A stretch of 64,000 nucleotides of DNA from Lama guanicoe (Eukaryota). The position numbers and the translations under genes were made by a program. Positions 42,648 through 54,691 of the stretch are shown here, in pieces (position 1 is the stretch's first letter; each line of letters begins with the position of its first letter). The stretch spans positions 5,056,270-5,120,269 of the forward strand of contig MU054212.1 of the NCBI GenBank assembly GCA_013239625.1. The letters run 5' to 3'. The notes below the pieces were generated by a model that worked only from the letters and a program-made list of their open reading frames with translations, made no database searches and was not told where the DNA came from.

Positions 42648-43061
42648 CTGACCTCTGGTCTGGTCTCAACTAACAAATAGTAAAAGAAAGCCTAGAGAGA
42701 TTTAAACTGTTGTACGCAATTTGACTGCATTCCACATTATTATTCCACATTAATAAGCCTTATGGCTTAGGGGTATTTATAGGAATACAAAAATATCTAA
42801 CACCCAACAAGAAAAAAATGATTACCAAGTATGGAAAATAGTAGGAAAATGTAAAACTTCTGCTCTTTGAAAGGCACTGTTAAGAGAAAGAGAAGACAAG
42901 CCACTGACTGGGGAAGCACAATATGCAAATCACATATTAGATGATTCTGATATCAGATAAGTTCTTTAACTTATATTTAGAATGCATAAAAACTCTAAAA
43001 CACTGATTTAAAAAAAGCTAGTATCCCAGTAAAAAATGGGCAAGTTATTTGAACACTGAAC

Positions 43062-43097
43062 TAGATAGATAGATAGATAGATAGATAGACAGACAGA
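43062..43097. repeat. (TAGA)7(CAGA)2 microsatellite
   Basis: Read directly. Confidence 0.95.
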
Positions 43098-43432
43098 TAT
43101 AAGGATGGCAAATAAGCTAAGCACATGAAGTGATCCAATATCATTATTAATTTTTAGAGGATTTCACATTAAAATGGCAAGGAAAGACCAATACATACTT
43201 GCTAGAATGGCTAAAAATTAAAATACTAGCTATATCAAATTCTGAGGAAGATGTGAAGGACCAGGAGTTCTAATACAATACTGGTAGGGAAATGAAATGA
43301 TAGAACCAATTTGGAAACCACCTTGAGAGTTTACAAACATCAAATACATACCTACCATATGCTCTTGCCTTTCTACACTAGGGCATTTACCCAATAGATG
43401 TGAAAACACATGTCTATAAAAAGACTTGGACA

Positions 43433-45637
43433 TAAGGTTACCAGGCATTTTGTAAATATAATTGTGTCTAATACATACTGAATGACTTTGGTTTGCATCC
43501 TGTACTGACATTGTCAAAATACTCTTAAATGGCCTGCATTCAGATGTTTTTTGATAAATTACAGAAATTCAGCAGTTAAATCTACTTTTTCACTACGACT
43601 TCAATTTATTTTTAGTTTTTAAGTTTATAAAGCTTGCAATAATTTAACTCAGTTTATGATCAGTTATGAGGAATTATGCATAACAGATCCATGTGTTCAT
43701 GAGAGCATCACATGTAGTTTTTCATTTTTTGAAATACTTGGTATCATCTGTTTTTCTATTTGTATATTTTTGCAAACCAGACTGATGAAAACATATAAAT
43801 TTCATGATGAATATTCTGAACAGTGGACATTTGTAAAGAGAGAAAATTTTCTTTTGAAGCTCTTTGTACATTTGCTATTGTTCACTCAATTTCAGAAATC
43901 ATGGGAAATGAGACATAAACCAGCATATACTAACAGCTAAGCATAAGGGATGTATGATTTCCTCAGCTAGTACCAAAAAAGTGATTTATATAACAGTTTT
44001 TGTTAAGAGAAATTCAGATGAAGGAGATGATCATAGAAAAAGATGTAATGACTTCACAAACTATCCAACATCATCAGTCTTTTAGCTCAAATGATTGTTT
44101 GAACATACTTCTACCAGAAGCATTTTCTGACTCCAGAAAGGCAAGCAGATTTTCAAGTGTCTGGACAAAAATTTTAAAACTGCAATAGTTAACAGTTATA
44201 GTTTATGCTTTTATGTTATCACTGTGAGTGCAAGTAATCACAATGCAAAAAAAAATCTGATTTTGCAATATTTTGTCATGAGAAGGCTTGCTTATAAGTT
44301 TATTGCAAGTAAAATCTCTTCTAGATACAACTTCAGAAGCAACAACACATTTTTGCAGATACTCTTTTATTGCGTTTAGAGTTAATGAGAAAAGTCATGC
44401 TGTTTATGGTTAAGATAATATAAGTCCAAATTTTGTGGATACTTGCACAATGGTACAGTAATGTTTATTCAAAGTTGAAACAAGGCATGAATGATTCTCT
44501 TGAAGATACTAGGTGTCCTAAATATTCTGTATAATGATTTTCAAACAGTATCCAATGTCTTTTCTATTGACATTGAAGTAACTGTCATGAAATATTACTC
44601 TTACTACATTTCTACTGTTGGAACTGAGGAGTTATATTTGCGCTTTTTTTTGGTATTTTGTAATCTTGAATTCTCCTGTATTCAAAACTCTGCTGGCTCT
44701 TTTTAACAGATGCAGGTGAGAGAATCCTCAGTTTATTTGAAGTACTGGCATCGTGCTTTAATTTCTAAAGTCCCCCAAATTTTTGTTGACTTTTTAAATA
44801 ATCCATCAAGCAAAGCCTATTATTTTCCTGTAGTTTTTAACATCTCTTTAGCAACAGGATTATGCAAGTTAAAAGAAAAGCAAACTGTGTTATTGAAGCA
44901 CACCATTAATTAAAAGAATAGTTAAGTGAATAATGATTATGGCATTTGCTATGACTATTTTGAAATGGATTTTATCTTTTAAAGAATGTGATCATTTTAC
45001 ACGGATGTTCCCAAATACTCTTTTAGCATCAAAACAAAAGGAATCATCACATGTAGTGTTGGAGAGAAGGGAATGAAAATTGATGGCAGTGTTCTTGTTT
45101 TGTCAGTAAACAATATTTTTAAAAGGCTTGATCAAGAGATGCAATGGAATCGTGAAGAACGGAACACAAGTTATGGCACAAATGATAGTATGTGCAACAA
45201 TGATACTGTGTGATTTATACAAGTCAAATTTGAAGATTAATTTTCAGAGTTGTTAACTTTATGACAGAATATTTACTATACCAGCTCCTAATGCTAATGT
45301 TTCATGAATTTTCTCATTATGAATATTCAATGGGCAAAAAAAAAAGAAAACTAACTTAGATATAACCACCTACAATGAAAATGGAAAATAGAATATAACT
45401 GCAAGGAATTTTTATGCAAGTTTGAAAAAGTTTTTAAGGAGAATGAAATCATTAGAGAAATAAAATTTTTTAAATGTGTAGTTTTGATAATTATAACTTA
45501 TTTCAAATAAACAGAATCATCTTTAGTATAGTACAATATTATTCTTTTATGTCAGTGTACATAGATATAGACAATTAGAAATAGTTCAGATTTAACTGGG
45601 TGCCTTGTACTTTTATTTACTAAATATGGTAACTCTA
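43433..45637 (+). mobile_element. Decayed full-span hAT DNA transposon (Blackjack-type transposase, MER53-like right end)
   Basis: TIRs TAAGGTTACCA (43433-43443) and TGGTAACTCTA (45627-45637). 8-bp TSD cttggaca (43425-43432) / cctgtaca (45638-45645). The L1 host is continuous across the insertion. Confidence 0.88.
43785..45462 (+). pseudogene. Frameshifted hAT transposase remnant
   Basis: Pieces in changing frames, in the expected order: MKTYKFHDEYSEQWTFVK; DINQHILTAKH; QHHQSFSSNDCLNILLPEAFSDSRKASRFSSVWTK; VSASNH (cf. TDASNH); DNISPNF (cf. GDNTNTNF); NVYSKLKQ..RCP; IDIEVTVMKYYSY; SKLCWLFLTDAGERILSLFE (cf. TRWLSL); FLNNPSSKAY; FTIPAPNANVS*IFS then MNIQWAK (cf. NANVERIFS); NCKEFY. Confidence 0.85.
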
Positions 45638-45645
45638 CCTGTACA

Positions 45646-46480
45646 TGAATGTTCATAATAGCTTTATTTTTAATAGCAAAATCTGTAGGCAACCCAAATA
45701 TCCATTGTATTAGCTCACACATGCTGGCATAACAAAATGCCACAAACTGGGTGGCTTAAACAATAGAAATTTATTTAGAAAATCCATAGTGCCAGCCAGT
45801 TTGGTTTCTGGCAATTCTTCTCTTCCTGGCTTGCAGTTGGCTGCTTTCTTGTTGTGTCTTCACTTGGCCTTTTCTTTGTGCTGGTGTAGAGAGAGAGGAC
45901 TCTCTGATGCCTCCTCTTATAAGGCCACCAATCCTATTGGATCAGGATGCTACCCTGTGACCTTATTTAACCTTGATTACTTCCTTAGAGGCTCCATTTC
46001 CAAATACAGCCACATTGGGAATTAGAGCTTTAAAATGTCAGTTTGAGAGGAATACATATGTTGTCCATAACATTCATTGACAGATAAATGAACAGACTGG
46101 TATATCTACACAACACAATCTGTAGGCACAACACAATCTTTAGAGAAATAAAAAAGAAACATTTATTGATACAGGCTATAACAAATGACTCTTAAAATAA
46201 TCATGCTGGTAAAAATCAGACAAAAAAATTCATACTGCATTATTCCAGTTGTATTAAAGTCTGCAGGGTGCAACTAATCTACAGTGATACAAGTGGGTTG
46301 GTGGATGTCAGAGGATGAAGAAGGAGGATGTGAAAGTGTGGAAGGCAGGACTTATCAAGGAGCATGAGGAAAATTTCGGGGTGTAGATATGCTCATTATC
46401 GATATTGTGGAGTTTTTTTTGTTGATGTGTATTTAATATACAACAATGAAACTGTTTTCTAAAATATTTAAGAGCTATTG
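45646..46480 (+). mobile_element. Old L1 right part (3' end), interrupted by MLT1A
   Basis: tgaatgttcataatagctttatttttaatagcaaaa ... caacccaaatatccat, resuming after 46072; catactgcattattcca, caactaatctacagtga. Confidence 0.8.
45706..46072 (-). mobile_element. MLT1A-type solo LTR
   Basis: tgtattag ... actgggtggcttaaacaatagaaatttatt ... tccataaca. 5-bp TSD tccat (45701-45705) / ttcat (46073-46077). Confidence 0.9.
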
Positions 46481-47279
46481 TCAATTCCTGAGAACCACCG
46501 TTAGTGTTGCTGCCTGGGGTCTGGCCTCCAATTGGGAAAGACCGATCTTTTCCCAAGTTCCGGAGATGCAAGTGTGTGTACAAGCACCATCCTTTGTGCC
46601 CTGTACTTCTTGTGAGGTTTTCTCAGTCAAAAAGTGCACCTCTCCTTTGCAAAACACCTGCTGACTTTTTCTTTCTTTTGTACTGTGAGGCTAAACCATG
46701 TGATTCTTTCTAACGGGCACAATTTCATCAAGGATTTGGATTTGGAGTAGTCACTTTGAAGAACTTTTGAATGTAAGTAAGATTATTTATTTGAGAGATG
46801 CTTTAGAGCAAAAAGAGAAAAGAAAATCAGACTACACACTTGTCTGCATTCTTTAATCAGTATGAAGAGGCTTCCAAACGCAAGTTGAATTCAAACATTG
46901 CCTCACTGAATGATTTTTTTATCTGACACCAATGAAAATTATAACAACTTAAACCTGCTTCATTTGTCAGTACTCCCAAATCATGGTCCCTTTGTGTTTT
47001 ATCTGCACCTTCCTTTTTTTCTCCTCATTCTCCTTCTGAGACAGTTAGTTCAATGCCTCCTAGAATGCAGCTTCCACAGGAAGATTTTAGTCATTCTGTA
47101 AACTTAGATCCCTGTGCCATTGTTTAAGACTTCCTAAACCCTAGGCTTTAAAAAAAAATTGTTGTTTAAGAGTTTAAACTTATTCTCAGCTCAGACCCTC
47201 TAAACCCTATCGATGACTTCCAATTAGAATACCTAAGGTGATACAACATTTAGGTTGAGAAAAATGTAATTGTCACAAG

Positions 47280-47415
47280 CCTGGATATGTTTATGGCCTT
47301 GACGATTTCATAGGTGTATACTTATGCCCCAAATCATCAAGTTGCATATATTAAATATGTATAGGTATTGACAGGTCAGCCATACCTCAATAAGCAGTTT
47401 AAAAAATAAATAAAA
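47280..47415 (+). mobile_element. L1MC-type extreme 3' end
   Basis: ggatatgtttatggccttga ... ggtgtatacttat ... tacctcaataa followed by an A-rich tail. Confidence 0.75.
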
Positions 47416-47649
47416 GCTACTAAATCTTTAACAATTTAAAAATTAAAGTTAAGAAAATTAAAGCATTTATTTTTAATTGAAAATTTACACATTATGTGTG
47501 TATATAATGTGCACACAAAGTCTTTACATGGGTATGTATTAGTTATAATACATTTAATACAGGCAAACACATTCATAAACAAATGGAGAACAAATGAAGT
47601 ATACTGATAAAAAAAATACAACTAGAATTGAGAAGATCTGAGTTCTGTC

Positions 47650-48210
47650 ATTAACGCTGACATCTGCAAAAGGAGGCAACAGGGGGAAAAAAATCCTTCA
47701 TTTTTTTTTTTTCTAGTAGAGCATAGTTTGTGAAATGATGAGGGCATTTTATCTGCTTGCTGTGACCAGTGTGTGTACGCATAAACCTTAACAAGACTAC
47801 AAGTGTATTCCAGAAGGAAATAACTTAGTTATGAACTAAGTAACAAAACTCAGAACTTCAAATGCTATGTATGGTCTTAAATATTAGACCAGATTTAGTA
47901 GCTGCATATCTAAGATTTTTCTACCTGCTCCTCTTCAGTACAGGGATGACTGGCTGCTCAACACATTCCTCCTCCCTTTTCTCCTCTCTTTAGGCTGTGC
48001 ACAGTGAAAATTGTCTTTACCGTATTTTTGTTCTCTGATAATGTAATAAGCATGATAGTGCCTTCTATTAGTACATCATTCCAGTCTTGCTGGTAATTCT
48101 GTACAGTATAGTGTATGAATTGCTGTGCTGCAAAGCCAAGCAACTGCAAAATGTTCAAAAATCATTGAAGTGTATAAAAATTGCAGTATCTTTAAAATCA
48201 GTAAAAAAAA
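47650..48210 (+). pseudogene. G3BP2: 5'-truncated retrocopy of probable G3BP2 3'UTR
   Basis: 17-bp TSD aag[a/t]tctgagttctgtc (47633-47649, 48211-48227) and A-tail at 48203-48212. The body matches the human G3BP2 3'UTR as I remember it (tttgtgaaatgatgagggcattttatctgcttgctgtgaccag ... ttgcagtatctttaaaatcagtaaaa). Retrocopy status is secure; the parent name is from memory. Confidence 0.75.
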
Positions 48211-50984
48211 AAGTTCTGAGTTCTGTCTGACACTTGCAAGCCTTGTTATTATGATCAAAAAAATTTAATATCTCGGTACTAATATTCCTCTTCTCAAAAA
48301 TTTAGTAAAAGAAAATGATAACTAACTCTACCTTGATTTCCCAAAGTTGTTTTAAAATTATTCTGAATATGAAAACACAAAGTTTTCAGTAACAAATTAT
48401 GTAACCCTATGCAAATGAAAGATAATAGTACTATTTTAAGTGTGTATGAAGAAGTGGCACTTAAATAGCTTCTGTTAAAAGGATCCTGAACACAGTCAAT
48501 CCTCAGTTCTCAGGAAGAAACTGGAGATGAACTGTGTACCTATCACACTTTAAGAAGGCAAATTCTTCAAGCACAGTTATTATGCAACTACCTTTTATGG
48601 TGGTAAATGCTGAAATGCTAACTCAAATCTTTTTTTTTAATTGTCTCTAGAGAATTTAGAAACAATAATAAAACTGAAAAATAAAAAAAAATAGCTTCTG
48701 TTTAACCACTAATCATGATTATAACCATTCTTGGAAAATAAATAATATTTGTGTATTTCTTCCCTTTTGCAATTTTTTGTACTTAACAATTTTTCTTCTT
48801 TTAAATTTTCACTTAAAATTCTGTCTTATTTTCTGTTTCTACAGGCTAAAACTTTAATACTCATTCTAAAACCAATGACGGCTTTTTCTTAACGATTCTT
48901 AACGCTGACCTTCTGTACCTACACTGAGAATTCATCTCTTGAATTCTAAGGCATTTTTTCCCTTTAAAATTTGCCTGTCTTTCCCTTTACTGATCCCCAG
49001 TGATTTCTCTAGGGCTTGCTTAGGTCATCTTCTGGTGTCTAATCTTGTGAGTTACCTCAAGAACTACAAATTTGTGTGGATTCCTTTGGTCTGGATTCCT
49101 TTCAATCCCAGGAAGTCTTATTCTTTTCAATTTCTTTCTTCTCCTTGAGTGTTCACTCCTGACCTCTCCCATTGTGTGTCAGCCCACAGTGAGCTCTTAT
49201 TCTCTGAATTCTATTACACTTAAAATCAGTGTGTTACTCTTTAGCTCTTGATTGGTCTCCTCTTATTTTCTCCAGGTCTTGGTGGGGAAAGACACCATCT
49301 TATATTTTGGTTACCCTTCTAGGTCCTTAGCATCACTTTGCTTATGGATTTTGCACAAATACTAGGTGGTTGTTGATTGCTTGAACTAACTTGTTATTTA
49401 TAATTCTACACATATTGATAGCAGTTTCTTATAACTACTTAATAACAAGAAATATAAATTTATAGACACAATACATACTCAATTTAATATAGGTTTAAAC
49501 TTACTAAAAGTTAAGTAGAAATGAATAGAATGTCAGCTACGTCATAAAGGAATGTGTTCTTTGCAGCTGGTTTATGCAGGAGTGAAATGCTGTCTGATAA
49601 GAATATTGAATATTCAATAGCTGGACAAAGCTAGAGCTGTAGAGGGCAATCAAATGAGTTGTAAAACTCCCATTTATAAGAACATATAACATATACTAAA
49701 TTATCTATAAACCACTACTTAAACTTTATGTTTTAAATTACTTATTATTCTCCTTATAAAGATTTAAAGTGCCCTTTGATCACGAAACCCAGTCTTGCTC
49801 CTTGTCTCATTACCCACACAAATTTACAATAGAGTGTGCTTTTTACCATGTGATTATCAAATTTAATATCCAACGTTATGTGACATTGGAATTTACTTTC
49901 AATTGAAACTGGCAATTACTGGTACATGTTAGGGAAAGGCATGTGTAAAAATAAGCTCCTGTATTGAATTTAAATTTTTATATGTGTTCCTAGCAAAAAT
50001 GGTAAAGATTTAAATATACGACTGAAACAGAATCCAAAGCAAAGATAAATTTTACAAGCATGTTTAATATGCAAACATATGTTTAGTACATAAGGTGAAG
50101 TAAACTACTGATACCTTTTAATTTACATTTACTTTTAGGTCTGGAAATACAAACAGTAGCCATTTAATTATTCGTCTTTGCCGGATTCCTGTAATAACTG
50201 CATTTATTGGGGTCTATAATTGTATCAGTCTTACAGATGAGAAAACTGAGGCACAAAAAGTTTTAGTAACTTATTTACCAGAACTCCGTATTGATGTAAA
50301 GATTAAGTGAAACTAATGAACATACAATAATTTAGCACAGACTGTGGTACATAGTTACTTCTCTTTCATTATCATTCAGTGCCTTTTGCTGGCCAATAGT
50401 TGACTTGAAGACCTTGATCTCAAGCAGGTGAGAATATTATGGGATGAAAAGAAAATACAGAAATAATAGTAAAATTATAAAGAAAGTGAAAGGAAGGGAA
50501 TTGGGGAAATACACCAGTATGTTATAACTAACAATTTAGAGAAGATAGAATGCTGACAGTATGTATTTGTGTCTTCTACTCTTTTTTTTTTCACCTAAAT
50601 TATTTTCATCCCTCCCCTCACATGAACAGCTTGACCACAACCAAAGCCTCTTCAGATCTTATGCAGTTCTCTATAGTTTTTTGTTTAGTGAAATAAAATC
50701 TCATCAATCATTTCATTCAACTTCATCAGAGTTAACATATTGAAAACCTCCAGGCATGGTTGGAAAGAGCCTATTTCTATTACTTGTGTGTTAATTAATA
50801 GAAATAGACGATTTTAGTGTTGAAATAAATTTTTGACTTACATAACCAAATGCTGTTTAGTAACATGTTAATGACCAAAATATTAATTAGCAACCAAATC
50901 AGAACGTAAGTTTGTTAACTATTTCAAGTTCTCAATAAATAGGTTTATAGATAATGATTATGTCTATATTTCTCAATTCAAATT

Positions 50985-51170
50985 TCTTAGGTTCAGATCC
51001 TAGCTCTATGACTTACTATCTCTCAGAACATTGGGCATGCCAACCACTCTTTGCCTTAATATTTTCATCTATAAAATAGGCATGAAATTAATTATCAGGC
51101 CCAAAGACTTGTCATGAGGATTTAGTAAGACAGTATGTGTAAAGTGCTTTGAAATGTTCCTGGCACATCA
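50985..51170 (+). mobile_element. MIR SINE
   Basis: ggttcagatcctagctctatgacttacta ... catctataaaatagg ... atgtgtaaagtgcttt. Confidence 0.8.
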
Positions 51171-54100
51171 TTTCAGATCAAGAAATTGTAATTTTTTTAT
51201 TATCATTACTAATAGTATTGCTTAATAACTGTTAATAACTGTTTTGCGGCAACAACTGCTCTATTCCATAGCTAAGAAATTTGATACCACCACAAAATCC
51301 GGGATTGATAGAGATTTTTCACTCAGAAAAGTAAGTTGTTAATCAATACTTTGTTTTTCTTGTAACTTGTTTCCTTTTTTTGATTGAAAACATACAGTTT
51401 TGTAAAAGGTTGCTTATGAATCTTTATATATAAGCTCTTTTTGACTAGGGCTTCTTTTTTGCCTTGGCATCCTAGCCAGTTATTCCATTCTTCCTTAAAA
51501 AATAAAAAAGAAGAAAAGAGCAAGCAGACTCTTTCATGTGTTTCATCCTAAACTAATGTTAATTAACTATGTGACCTCTTTCCCATTCCATAAAAATTCT
51601 ACATTCTCTCAACCAGCCTTGCAACCTATAAGCCTTCTTGCCAAACTAATTTCCCACATTTTGCATTTCATACCTCCCTTGGTTAAATTTCAAATATACT
51701 TCATGTGAATAAAATTTATGCACACACACAGAGCTGATTCTTTGGTTTGGGTTTTGGTTTTTTGGTTTTTTTTTTTTTTAATATAGACATAAAGATAATT
51801 TTTTGATTACTCAATAAAACCTAGCAAAAATTTTAACAATAGGAACAGTTAAAAATGTTTGATGACAGCACATTACATCTTATGTGTCCAAATTGTGACA
51901 CATAAGTTGTGACAGATGGCATGATACTCTTGGAAAAAATTTTTTATTGCAACATTTGGGGAAAAGACCTTAATTTTACATAAGGGTCATTTAGCAGAAC
52001 AATTTCAATTTTCTAGTTTCATTGGAGATAAGAATCATGATAATGTTATTCAGCGTGTGAGTGTCATGGCCTGTCTCCTTTGTAACCTCCCCTCATCATC
52101 TTTTCCATATTTACTACAGAATAGAAGGAAACCAGATAATGGGTGGAAGTGAACATGACTTGTATTCAGACTGTATTGAGGTTGTAAAAAATAACTAGTA
52201 GAACAAACTTTGTTTTTCCTAATAGATTCTCTACTTTTGTGGGGGATCATTTTAATCAATGTATAAAGTTCCAGTTAAACTTATAAAAAATCTTTAAAAC
52301 ATTTGGCAGAGTGATAATTTATAGTAATCCAATTTCTAATCATAGAAGAAACAGAGTGTTTTTTATTATATACCGTCATACAGTCTGTGCTATTACACCC
52401 AATGCAGTGATACGGAGCACACTTCAGCAGCCTGGGTTTATCTGCTTCAGTGCAAGATTTCACACATGACAGATTGCAAATTATTACTGTGCAGCTCTAT
52501 CATACAATCAGCCTCCATTATCGCATAGTAACCACATAGAGCTATATTTTAAGCGGAATGCAGAAAACAAAACAAGGCAAAGCAAAAATCCTCATTGAAG
52601 CAGTTTTTAGACTAGAAGACAGTACAGTGTTTTTAATATTTTAATAATTTATTTAAGAAAATCTTAGATTTGCAGTAGCCTATTCTAAATATTGTTTTAA
52701 TCTCAAATACATATAAAATTTAAATTTACGGATAAATATCTTTACTAGGTGAGGGACTGGGTGAGAGTACCCCCCCCCATGTAAGATTCTAAGCTGCTCA
52801 AATCAAGACAAGGGCTCGTTTAAATCTACATATGTGGTTCTTGATATCCTAGTGAGTTTTTACTTATATGGATTATTGAAGTGAAATAGCTCATTTCCAA
52901 ACCAGGTGTATAACAGCACTACAAAGAAATAGCAAAGTGATTTGTTGGAAACAGGTTTGTTCTTAGAAGAGTTTGCGAGAGAACTCATTGGAAGAGTTTG
53001 TTCAAGCTTCTTCATTCATCTTTCCATGATGCCTACCGCCCCCTGCTGACTCATCACAGAAATAGACCATTATTTTCCTTAGGGGAGATCTACACAAATG
53101 CTTTCAGTAATTAAGACTAATGAGATACATACATTAATTAAGACATTATATTGTATACTTCTTTTTTCCCTCATTACTACATGAAAAATATTTCCTTATC
53201 TGAGGTCTGAAATGCCCTATCCAACTTGCCTTTTGTGTTCTCAACTGGCTTTCCAGTATCCTCCCATTGATCCAATAGACCAGTTTATGTTATAAATCCA
53301 AAGTTAATGAAAACATAATTAGAGGAGACCGCTTGAAGTGTGAAGAGCTTAATGTTTTAGGACAATTGAACAAGGTTTCTTCAATAAATCAGAAATATAT
53401 TTTCACTGCATGTGGGTGTTTAGTGGTGTTTCAGTTTTGACAGCCTCTTGGACATGATCTCTTATGGAATAAAAGTTATAAATATATGCAGTAGGTGTAT
53501 GTACCTGACATATTTTCACATGACTAGTGAGAAAACCAAACTAGGCATGAATTAATACTCATAGTTTACTTCAGATTTTTAAAATATTGCATAAAATAGT
53601 CAATTAAATATTTTCTTTTCTGATCATTTATGTCATTTTCTAGTAATTTGAACAGACTGAGGAAAAAAAATCAAGCTTCCTTTTTATAATGTAAATGAGG
53701 ATTGATGGAAATTTTGTTCCCCCAACACTTATTAATCTGTAAAATGGAGCTTATTTCAACCACACTAAAGAGTTGCTATAAAAAGAAAATATTATTGAAA
53801 TTTGGGCCACAATTCTATGTTGCAGAAGAGAAAGTGTTCTACCAAACTGCTGCTCACACTTTCAGTAACTGGGGCCCAGAAGGAATCCACACACAAAGTA
53901 ATATTTCAGTAAGACTTCTGAGGAGTCAGTTATCATTTTTAAGTTGAGAACATAACTACGTATTCTCTCTTCACTCTGAATTGCCAGCCACAAGAACACT
54001 GTTTCATTAACTAAATGAAAATAATACTTGTTATTGACAATGGTCTTTGAGATCATTTATATTCATAATGTCCCTAACTTCACTTGGAAACCCTATGAGA

Positions 54101-54691
54101 ATATGTTATTAAAAACATTGAAACAAAATCTCAATCAAAAAAAGGATAGTAATGCATTAATAATTATTAACTTGTAAGTAAAATAATTTTGCTTTCCTTG
54201 TATTTATAATTAATTATTCTGTAAGAATGCGTATCTTATAAATTGCAGATTTTAATTAAGACATAATTAACTATTAACAAGTAAACACTCCAAATTATAA
54301 TACATAAAAATAATTTTTATTTAATTAAGTGATATTTATTATATTCATTGGTAAGGGATTATAGAGATTTTAAATAAACACATAACAAAGAATTAGATAA
54401 ATGTTTATTTTTATATATTACAATTATATATAAGTTCTACTTATTTTTGTTTAAGCAAGACATTTAAACCAATAAGCAGAACATTACTATTTCCCAGAGG
54501 CAAATATTTGAACCCTACCAAATGATACAACACACTATGATTCAATTTTTTCATGAAATTAGGAGTTATAGCACTGAATATTCCATTCCCATAACTGAAA
54601 AATTATGCCCAACTTTATGAATTATTTTGGAATTATCCTGAATAGAAAAGAGCAGGGAGGACTGATGAAAGAAACATCTTCAAACTGCAGT

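Larger units (their letters stand above)
41810..43432 (+). mobile_element. Old L1 (L1MC/MD-type) left part; host of the hAT insertion
   Basis: 5'-end-like text at 41810-42840, then ORF2 3' remnants (ctagaatggctaaaaatt, catacctaccatatg, ctagggcatttaccca) ending at aaagacttggaca. Confidence 0.75.

Noticed and set aside
44710..44715. Apparent 6-nt microexon (ttttaacag ATGCAG gtgag)
   Set aside because: Lies inside the transposase remnant (WLFLTDAGERIL), which explains the sequence.
46532..46556. Inverted TGGGAA/TTCCCA pair as a Notch/RBPJ paired site
   Set aside because: The 11-nt spacer is shorter than in canonical paired sites, and a short hairpin is likely chance.
47480..47570. Mitochondrial D-loop-like AT/GT text
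   Set aside because: Only low-complexity resemblance; no recognisable mitochondrial block.
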